IMG/VR virus record: IMGVR_UViG_3300020577_006835
Span: 132,588-196,587 of that record
Source: a virus
Lineage: Duplodnaviria; Heunggongvirae; Uroviricota; Caudoviricetes
DNA: 64,000 nucleotides
Strand: one strand, 5' to 3'
Shown here: one piece after another, positions 46,363-53,078 of the stretch
How the letters are laid out: every line of letters begins with the position of its first letter
Position numbering within the stretch: the first letter of the stretch is position 1
Position numbers and translations under genes: made by a program
The notes under the pieces: model-generated
Told to the model about the DNA's origin: nothing
The model's database searches: none
Seen by the model: only the letters and a program-made list of their open reading frames with translations

Positions 46363-47231
46363 AGAAGTGGCTTAAACCCGAAGAGCACAGCCCGCCAGGT
46401 GAAGCCGGCAACTACGGCTGGGTGCACCCGAAGACTGGGCTCTACTACAACGGGGTCTGGGGCGGGCACGCCAAGGCTGCGCACGAGCTGGGCTTCAGGG
46501 GCGACACTGACACCGAGATCAACGACAACGCCGTCGATGCCGGCTACACGCGCTGGTACGTGGCACCGGACGAGATCGGTGTGCACTTCAACAAGGACTG
46601 CCCGGATGCACCGAAGCGGGCCAAGGAGACGCTGGCCTACCATGCACAGAGCCAGCGTGGCCGCATGCTGCTCGCCGACACGGGCACCGACTACTACCAC
46701 GGCACCTCTCTGAAGGACGCGCACGCCTTCATCGACCGCGTGTCGACCAAGATGAGGGGCCGCAAGGAGACCGACTACATGCGCATGAAGCGTGAGCTGG
46801 GGGAGTCGCGCATCGACCAGCTGATCCGCGACACGCTGTCCGAGTCAGTCCAGCTCGTGCGGGACCAGAGCATCACCGGTGCGGATCGCGCCCGCTACAA
46901 CGTGCACCACAACGGCGAGAACATCGGCATGCTGGCGGTCAGCAAGGTGCGCAGCGCTCCTGGTCTGCCGGCCGGCGCCGTCGGCGGCAAGCTCGGCGTC
47001 AAGATCTCACCACAGCACCGCGGCAACCCGAAGCTGGTCATGAGCGCCATGCGGCAGCTCAAGCAGCTGCACCCTGACTTGACGCACGTGGGAGGCTTCC
47101 GGCTCACTGGCACGCGCTCCGACGCTGATGCCGGCGACAGCTACACGTGGGTGAAGCTGCGTGAAGATGCCAACGCCAACGCCCTGATCTCGGCCAAGAT
47201 CAAGGTGCTGCGGGACGAGGGTTGTAAGTGA
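46359..47231 (+). CDS. polyprotein: GW module plus GNAT-like module; 3' end interrupted by HNH gene
   Basis: YGWVHP..GH..AGYTR; ESRIDQLIRDTLSE; MRQLKQLHP..GGFRLTGTR. Confidence 0.65.
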   Translation: MKKWLKPEEHSPPGEAGNYGWVHPKTGLYYNGVWGGHAKAAHELGFRGDTDTEINDNAVDAGYTRWYVAPDEIGVHFNKDCPDAPKRAKETLAYHAQSQRGRMLLADTGTDYYHGTSLKDAHAFIDRVSTKMRGRKETDYMRMKRELGESRIDQLIRDTLSESVQLVRDQSITGADRARYNVHHNGENIGMLAVSKVRSAPGLPAGAVGGKLGVKISPQHRGNPKLVMSAMRQLKQLHPDLTHVGGFRLTGTRSDADAGDSYTWVKLREDANANALISAKIKVLRDEGCK

Positions 47232-47809
47232 GAGCAAACGGCACCACTAAGCTTTGCGTCACCTGTGGTGCTCAGTTCTACGTGCCAGGGCACAGAGTTC
47301 TAACAGCAAAGTACTGCTCCACTGAATGCCATAACCACTTGAGCTGGGCTACCGCTAGGCACAAACGGATTTGCTTGACGTGTGAGGCAGAGTTCACGGT
47401 CAGTAGTAGCAGAGAGCGATCCAAGTACTGCTCATTGGAGTGTAGGAGTAACTCACCGGCACGGCTGACTCTGCGCGAGCGCCGCAAGCGCATAAAAGCT
47501 GCACAGATCAAGCTTCGAGGCAGGAACGCAAGTCGGGACTTAAAGCGCTTCCTGTCCGCCCTTGTGCCAGCGGTTTGTGGTATCTGCGGGTACGATGAGT
47601 ACGATTTCTGCCTGGATGTTCACCATCTTGATGGCAATGCAGACAATAACGAATCTGAAAACCTAGCCTTCATTTGCTGCATGTGTCACCGGAAGCTCCA
47701 CAAAGGTGTTGTATCTTGGCCTCAGCAGCAGGCTGTGGCGATGGCGATCAACATGCAGAAGGAAGGCCGGCTCCGCCCAGGTGGCGTCTACGTGAGAGCG
47801 AAGAAGTAG
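47228..47809 (+). CDS. HNH homing endonuclease with CxxC repeats and captured C-terminal tail
   Basis: CVTCG..KYCS.EC x2; CGICG..LDVHHLDG...NN..ENL..C..CH; lower GC until about 47716. Confidence 0.85.
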   Translation: MRANGTTKLCVTCGAQFYVPGHRVLTAKYCSTECHNHLSWATARHKRICLTCEAEFTVSSSRERSKYCSLECRSNSPARLTLRERRKRIKAAQIKLRGRNASRDLKRFLSALVPAVCGICGYDEYDFCLDVHHLDGNADNNESENLAFICCMCHRKLHKGVVSWPQQQAVAMAINMQKEGRLRPGGVYVRAKK

Positions 47810-47829
47810 GGTTACAAGCGCGGCCGCGC

Positions 47830-48195
47830 GTGAGCGATCCTGACGAGGTGAGACTCACCGACTTGGAACCGCAGTTCGTCAGGTCCTGGGTCGCCTCAGC
47901 CTCGCCAGGCTGGAAGCGCGGATGGACCGAGGTCGACTCCATCTGGAAGGCAGACGGGGTCCACTTCCTCTGCCCCACCTGCTTCGCGCAGAACGGTGGC
48001 CCGGTCGGGACGCACCTGATCCTCTGCTGGACTCCGGAGGCCCCGAAGGATATGCCACCAGGGCCTGGTAGGTGGTCCATGTCGGGTACGGGCTACAACG
48101 ACCTCACGCTGAGCGCCTCCAGCCCGTCGATCATGCTGCCAGACGGCTGCAAGGCCCACTTCTACGTCAGAAACGGGCTGATTCTGCCCTGTTGA
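47830..48195 (+). CDS. DUF6527-like protein
   Basis: FLCP.C..H..W..G..LTL..SPSI..GC.AHFYVRNG. Confidence 0.6.
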   Translation: MSDPDEVRLTDLEPQFVRSWVASASPGWKRGWTEVDSIWKADGVHFLCPTCFAQNGGPVGTHLILCWTPEAPKDMPPGPGRWSMSGTGYNDLTLSASSPSIMLPDGCKAHFYVRNGLILPC

Positions 48196-48324
48196 CGCCC
48201 CGGCCCCTTGTTTTTCAGGGGGCAGGAGAACCTAACACCTTATGCACAGCCCCGGGCTGTGTGATCTTGAGCGCTGTTAGCGGTTCCAACAAGGACAACC
48301 TGTGTCCTTCAACGTGGGGGTTGA

Positions 48325-49098
48325 GTGGGGCATTCACATCGTAGTGGAATCCGTACTTACACCGCCGCACACACCCTGGTCATCATCTCCGACGTACACA
48401 TCGGAGCAGTCGAACACGCCGAGCGTGAGTTCGACGAGACGTTGCGGTGGGCGCTGGATAGCAAGGCGCTGGTGCTGGCGAACGGCGATCTCTGTGACTT
48501 CTGTGTGCCGTCTGGCAAGGCGGCCGGTGAGAAGCTGCTCGGCCAAGACAAGTGGCCCACTGAGCAAGTAAAAATTGCCTGCGACAAATTGAAGCCCTTC
48601 GCCAAGAAGGGCAAGCTCGTTGGTCTGACCCGCGGCAACCACGATGCGGGCCGCCCTCGCAACGTGGCTCTCTTCGACGCCTGCGAGATGATCGCGCACG
48701 CCATCGAAGCGCCGTACCTCGGAGTCGGCGGCTACCTGCGATTCAACATCGGCTCCCAGTCGTACGTGATCGCGGTCCAGCACGGCCGCAGCGGCGCCAT
48801 GAACCCGTTCATGGAGAACGACAAGATGGCCAGGCTGTACCCGCTGGCAGAGTTGGTCGCCCTCGGACACAACCACCACCTGGGTGCGCGCACCGTGACC
48901 TCGATCGGCGTCAGCAAGGAGGGCAACGAGTGCCTGCGCGAGACCTGGCAGGTGCGCACCGGCTCCTACTTGCAGTACGCCGACTACGCCCGGGAGATGG
49001 TGCTGGCTCCGACCAGGATCGGCTCTCCGATCATCCGGTTCAACGACCGGAAGCATGAGATTGACGTCGACTGCAAGACGTTGAGCTGGGGTATGTAG
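48325..49098 (+). CDS. calcineurin-like metallophosphoesterase
   Basis: SDVHIG, NGD, RGNHD, QHG, GHNH. Confidence 0.85.
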   Translation: MGHSHRSGIRTYTAAHTLVIISDVHIGAVEHAEREFDETLRWALDSKALVLANGDLCDFCVPSGKAAGEKLLGQDKWPTEQVKIACDKLKPFAKKGKLVGLTRGNHDAGRPRNVALFDACEMIAHAIEAPYLGVGGYLRFNIGSQSYVIAVQHGRSGAMNPFMENDKMARLYPLAELVALGHNHHLGARTVTSIGVSKEGNECLRETWQVRTGSYLQYADYAREMVLAPTRIGSPIIRFNDRKHEIDVDCKTLSWGM

Positions 49099-49103
49099 TT
49101 GAC

Positions 49104-49256
49104 GTGGAGCTACTGTGGCGGCTGAGGTTGGACGCTGGGCGCTGGCTCCTGCTCAAGTTGGATGAGAGAGGGGAGTGGCACGTACTTCGTACGCTGACTG
49201 AGAGAGAAGCGCGGAGACTTGTACATGTCGTCGAAGGCCAAGAAGAGAGCACCTGA
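49104..49256 (+). CDS. hypothetical protein (50 aa)
   Basis: MELLWRLRLD..; fills gap after GGGG RBS. Confidence 0.4.
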   Translation: MELLWRLRLDAGRWLLLKLDERGEWHVLRTLTEREARRLVHVVEGQEEST

Positions 49257-49557
49257 AAAAGATGTAGTGCGCAAGATGCCGCTGCTCGGCAGGAAGCGCG
49301 CACCCGTGGTGCAGGGTGACATCGTCAGCAAACGCAAGACACAGGTCGACGTGCTCGACCACGTGGCTCGCGGCGAGAAGTCTCTCAAGAGGAAGGACTA
49401 CCCTGGGTCGGTCGTGGTGCACGTCTCCTTCACGCTCACGCCGGCCATGGATCAGCGCATTCACAGCATCGCCGTGAAGCGGAACATCAGCCGCAGCGCC
49501 GTCGTGCGGCAGGCTCTGCTCAACTACTTCCTTCAGGTGGACGACGAGGTGGCATGA
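49219..49557 (+). CDS. ribbon-helix-helix (CopG-like) regulator
   Basis: VSFTLTPAMDQRIHSIA..ISRSAVVRQAL. Confidence 0.75.
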   Translation: MYMSSKAKKRAPEKDVVRKMPLLGRKRAPVVQGDIVSKRKTQVDVLDHVARGEKSLKRKDYPGSVVVHVSFTLTPAMDQRIHSIAVKRNISRSAVVRQALLNYFLQVDDEVA

Positions 49558-49871
49558 TGCAGCCTCGCAAGCGTCTGCGCGTGATCACTCTGGGGAGGAC
49601 GAAGTTCAAGATCCGCAGAGTGAAGTCGGCTCAGAAGCATGCTGAGAAGCACTGCCCGAAACAGGCTCAGTACAAGCACGGCATCCACGGCTACGTAGAC
49701 TTCATCAAGAAGGAGATCGTGATCGAGATCAGCGACCCGATCACCGAGGCCAGCGTGCTGATTGGCGAGATCTTCCACGTCCTCTTCCCGTACATCGACG
49801 ACTTCTACATCCACCGGGCCGAGGAGCAGGTGATCAAGGTCCTGTGGAGATCCGGCTTCAGGCCATTCTGA
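49554..49871 (+). CDS. hypothetical protein, peptidase-like fold with degenerate HExxH
   Basis: HGYVD..EIVI..VLIGEIFH. Confidence 0.55.
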   Translation: MMQPRKRLRVITLGRTKFKIRRVKSAQKHAEKHCPKQAQYKHGIHGYVDFIKKEIVIEISDPITEASVLIGEIFHVLFPYIDDFYIHRAEEQVIKVLWRSGFRPF

Positions 49872-49910
49872 CCTCTCGACTCTACCAAGAGGTTCAGGTA
49901 TCGGTGGCCG

Positions 49911-50168
49911 ATGAGCCATCTACGCCTGGTCCACAGCGGTGAGCCTGCCCCGGCCCCGGTCGACACGCTCTCGCCCGAGAGGCGCAGGCACCTCAACCTG
50001 ATCGTGCTCAAGCTGCCCAGGGACGAGCGCCTGGTCACCATGGCCCACTTCTTCGAGAACAAGCCGATGGGGCAGGTGGCCAACGAGTTGGGGATCTCCG
50101 AGGTCGAGGCCCGCGACCTGCGGGAGCGTGCCCTGAGAATGCTCAAGACGGCCACCGCGTTCGGCTAG
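49911..50168 (+). CDS. stand-alone sigma70 region-4-like HTH protein
   Basis: KLPRDERLV..HFFENKPMGQVANELGISE..ARDLRERALRML. Confidence 0.7.
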   Translation: MSHLRLVHSGEPAPAPVDTLSPERRRHLNLIVLKLPRDERLVTMAHFFENKPMGQVANELGISEVEARDLRERALRMLKTATAFG

Positions 50169-50195
50169 ACAAGCAAGTCAGTTTGGTGCTAAACC
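50166..50195 (+). promoter_or_regulatory. promoter TAGACA-N18-TAAACC, leaderless
   Basis: GTGC-TAA context; ATG 50202 lies 6 nt later. Confidence 0.55.
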
Positions 50196-50201
50196 GATCG
50201 C

Positions 50202-50294
50202 ATGCAGAATCGCATGCAAGCGGTTTGGATCTCGATCCTGCTCCTCGTGATGGCGCTGGTGGCCATCCTGGGCACGAGCGGGGTGCCGCGATGA
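50202..50294 (+). CDS. 30-aa membrane peptide
   Basis: Single TM segment; ATGA overlap. Confidence 0.45.
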   Translation: MQNRMQAVWISILLLVMALVAILGTSGVPR

Positions 50295-50587
50295 GCCTTG
50301 ATCAGGTCTCCGACGAGGAGCTGCTGGCCGAGGTACGCCGTCGCTGGCCGGTGCACGTGTTCCCCGAGGTTCTGGAGCCGAAAGTGATCACGCTCTCAGA
50401 GCTGGCGGACATGACTTCGGAGGGGATGGACGAGGCGCTGGACAGAGCCCATAGCGGCCCTCTGCACGTGGTCGACGAGGCCGGCAAGATCGTGCTCCAC
50501 GTGCAGGGGCAGTATCGACCAATCCCGTGCGACTGCGAGTGCGAACTGTGCCAGCTCTGCCGCAACAGGTACGAAGAGGAGGACTAG
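50291..50587 (+). CDS. hypothetical protein
   Basis: MSLDQVSDEELLAEVRRR. Confidence 0.6.
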   Translation: MSLDQVSDEELLAEVRRRWPVHVFPEVLEPKVITLSELADMTSEGMDEALDRAHSGPLHVVDEAGKIVLHVQGQYRPIPCDCECELCQLCRNRYEEED

Positions 50588-50791
50588 ATGCCGACGTGGG
50601 ATCAGAAGCTCACGGACAGTGAGCCGGCTACCAAGACCAAGTACAAGGTGTGCAGCATCGCCGTGCCGCTCGAAGAGCACGAGGACTTCAAGAGGCTGCT
50701 CAACAGGGCGGTCGACAAGCACCGCAAGAGGCGTCCGGGCGAGTTCACGCACCATGCTGTGCGCCAGGCGCTGGAGAAGTACGTCAGGTGA
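50588..50791 (+). CDS. ribbon-helix-helix-like protein
   Basis: SIAVPLEEHEDFKRL..VRQALEKY. Confidence 0.6.
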   Translation: MPTWDQKLTDSEPATKTKYKVCSIAVPLEEHEDFKRLLNRAVDKHRKRRPGEFTHHAVRQALEKYVR

Positions 50792-51003
50792 GCCTCACCA
50801 CCAAGCCGGGTACAGGGGAAGCACGGGTACTTGCCTGCTTGGCGAAGTGCTCAGGCGAAGGGCTCACCCTAGCTCAGCTGTGCGAGAGGCTGTCGCGCAC
50901 TCCGAGCACTGTGCGCACCTCGCTCCGAAAGCTGCTGCAGGAGGGCGCTGTCGTGCGCGAGGTGGGTCAGTCGGAACATGACATCACGTGGAAGGCCAAG
51001 TGA
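50788..51003 (+). CDS. winged-helix HTH protein
   Basis: VLACL..LTLAQLCERLSRTPSTVRTSLRKLLQEG.V. Confidence 0.7.
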   Translation: MSLTTKPGTGEARVLACLAKCSGEGLTLAQLCERLSRTPSTVRTSLRKLLQEGAVVREVGQSEHDITWKAK

Positions 51004-51072
51004 GCCGCTGGCTGGAAGCCTTCCTGTGCGACGTGCTCGGATGGCAGGAGACGGCCGAGAGGTGGAAGAGTC

Positions 51073-51669
51073 GTGGCCGTTGATCTGAACGTGTTGCCCG
51101 CAGAGCCACCGATGTCATTCGAGGACTTCTGCGCCAAGTTTCCGTCCAGCTCGATCGCGCTCGACGGCTTCGTGACCGGTGGGCCAGCCTTCAGGCCGGC
51201 CGGCCCGTACGCCAACTTCAACCACCACGAGGAGGTTGACCGACTGGCCACCAGGGCCACCTGCGCTCAGGTGCTGATGGCGATCCGCCAGGGTCTGTTC
51301 AACACCTTCCAGAACGGCTCTCGGATGCCGTACGCGCACCTGTACGTGAACGACTGCGACGAGGACGTGTGCGTGGCCACGTTCGCTCTGACCAAGCCGC
51401 ACCTGGTCCTGGGCACCATGAATCCGATCTTCAACAGGCTGGTCGCCATGGAGGAGATCATGGACGCGACGGCCGGGGCCTACCCGTACCCGCCCGACCT
51501 GCCGGTGCTGGCCGGCAACAAGTACTACCACCTGCGTGCTGCGGTCGAGGAGCTGCTGGAGGTGGCCTTCTTCGACGACGACATGATCGGTGAGGACACG
51601 CAGGCCGTGCTCCACGCCATCGGCCGGCTGTTGCACGGACAGACGGAACAGGTCGATGATCCTTCGTGA
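51073..51669 (+). CDS. hypothetical protein
   Basis: GC3-biased; DGF..NFNHHE motif. Confidence 0.6.
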   Translation: MAVDLNVLPAEPPMSFEDFCAKFPSSSIALDGFVTGGPAFRPAGPYANFNHHEEVDRLATRATCAQVLMAIRQGLFNTFQNGSRMPYAHLYVNDCDEDVCVATFALTKPHLVLGTMNPIFNRLVAMEEIMDATAGAYPYPPDLPVLAGNKYYHLRAAVEELLEVAFFDDDMIGEDTQAVLHAIGRLLHGQTEQVDDPS

Positions 51670-52000
51670 CGCGATCCAGGCCGCTCTGGACGAGGCCACG
51701 GATGGGGGCGATCGCTGCTACTGCAACGCGTGCAAGGAGATCGTCAAGAACGCTGGCGACCTGACCTGCGAGACCTGCGGCTACGTAGGCCCGTTCATGC
51801 CGTACTCGTGCGCCTGCTACGAGCACCGCTGCCACCCGAAGGTTCGCGGCATGGGTTGTGGGCACGGCAGTATGGGTTGCCCGGTGTGTCAGGAAGGTGA
51901 GGCCTCGCCCTGGGACATCATCAAGCGTGTCCGGGAGGTGCTGGCCAAGGCGGCCGTCGATGAGGTGGTACAAGAGGCCCAGGAGCTGGGCGACTACTGA
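51656..52000 (+). CDS. Cys-rich zinc-finger protein
   Basis: Multiple CxxC. Confidence 0.6.
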   Translation: MILRDAIQAALDEATDGGDRCYCNACKEIVKNAGDLTCETCGYVGPFMPYSCACYEHRCHPKVRGMGCGHGSMGCPVCQEGEASPWDIIKRVREVLAKAAVDEVVQEAQELGDY

Positions 52001-52197
52001 TGAAGCGCTGCATCGTCATCGAGACTGACGGCGGTCACACCTCGCTGGAGCTGGAGCGCGTCACCATGGTGCGCACCGCCAAGCAGATGATCAACCTGGA
52101 CAAGATGGACAACGGCAAGTGGCGCCTGGTGTACAGCGAGGGCACGATCCCTGACATCAGCAAGGTGCAGGCGCTGCGGATCGTACGAGAAGATTGA
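52000..52197 (+). CDS. hypothetical protein
   Basis: TGATG coupling. Confidence 0.65.
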   Translation: MKRCIVIETDGGHTSLELERVTMVRTAKQMINLDKMDNGKWRLVYSEGTIPDISKVQALRIVRED

Positions 52198-52219
52198 CGC
52201 GAGAGATGAGAGGAGAAGT

Positions 52220-52465
52220 TTGATGAGACACGATTTTGAGGTGGAAGAGTACAGCACCGACCCGGTGGCCAACGCTATCTACAACGTGGCCGCTCAGCTC
52301 GCTTCCTGTTCGCAGTCGATCAACGGGTTGCTGTACGGCCTGAAGTACGGCCAGGAGGAGGGGCTGAGCATCGCAGAGGCCATCGAGGTGGTCGGCAAGG
52401 CTGTTGGTGCGGCAGTGTTTGACGCTGCCACCACGGTGTCCGACTCGTTGAACGAGAAGCCTTGA
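52220..52465 (+). CDS. hypothetical protein
   Basis: GGAGA RBS. Confidence 0.6.
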   Translation: MMRHDFEVEEYSTDPVANAIYNVAAQLASCSQSINGLLYGLKYGQEEGLSIAEAIEVVGKAVGAAVFDAATTVSDSLNEKP

Positions 52466-52710
52466 TGTCGCACGACTGGGGTTTGGGCAGGGAAGGGGAT
52501 CACGAGCAGGCCGCCGACACGCCAGAGGGTCGCGCCAAGCAGGCCGAGAGTTGGGCCGCGAAGAAGATCGCCGAACTTGACCTGCGCCTGCAGCAGCAGA
52601 TCGACGCCAAGTTCAACACGGGCTCCGTCCTGAAGGACATCGGCCGCATCGTGCTGCTGGCCTGCATCTGCTTCGGCATCGCTGCTCTGGTGTGGGAGGT
52701 GCTGCGGTAA
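52462..52710 (+). CDS. membrane-anchored hypothetical protein
   Basis: C-terminal TM segment. Confidence 0.55.
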   Translation: MMSHDWGLGREGDHEQAADTPEGRAKQAESWAAKKIAELDLRLQQQIDAKFNTGSVLKDIGRIVLLACICFGIAALVWEVLR

Positions 52711-53045
52711 TGATGGTTCCAGTTTTGATTGACGGCAAGCAGATCGGTGTCGTCGCCAAGACGGACAAGATCTTGGAGGGCACGTACACCATGCGCGGAA
52801 GCGATGCCTTTGCCGGCGGGCTCGCTATGGAGGGCTGCTTCCGCCGGTACCACCCAGAGGGTATGCCGGCCCCGGAGCGCCTGCTGCGCGTGCTACGCGC
52901 GATCGGCGAAGCGCTCAACGACGGCCAGCGCGACAGCTACATGGAGCAGGACGTGCTCGAAGCCTACATGAAGTTCTCCGGCGGTCTCACAGGCGTGGAA
53001 TGTCTGCTCCGGATGCCCGACATCTTGGAGCCGCAAGGCAGTTGA
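52710..53045 (+). CDS. hypothetical protein
   Basis: TAATG coupling. Confidence 0.55.
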   Translation: MMVPVLIDGKQIGVVAKTDKILEGTYTMRGSDAFAGGLAMEGCFRRYHPEGMPAPERLLRVLRAIGEALNDGQRDSYMEQDVLEAYMKFSGGLTGVECLLRMPDILEPQGS

Positions 53046-53071
53046 CCAACGACCGGGACGTGTGCTAACCC
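53042..53071 (+). promoter_or_regulatory. promoter TTGACC-N18-TAACCC, leaderless, upstream of rtcB
   Basis: GTGTGC-TAA context; ATG 53079 lies 7 nt later. Confidence 0.6.
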
Positions 53072-53078
53072 AAACCGG

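Noticed and set aside
47223-47716. Group I intron or ribosomal bypass removing the HNH insert
   Set aside because: The insert is almost entirely ORF with no room for a ribozyme core, it lacks a terminal G at the in-frame junction, and about 490 nt is far longer than known bypasses.
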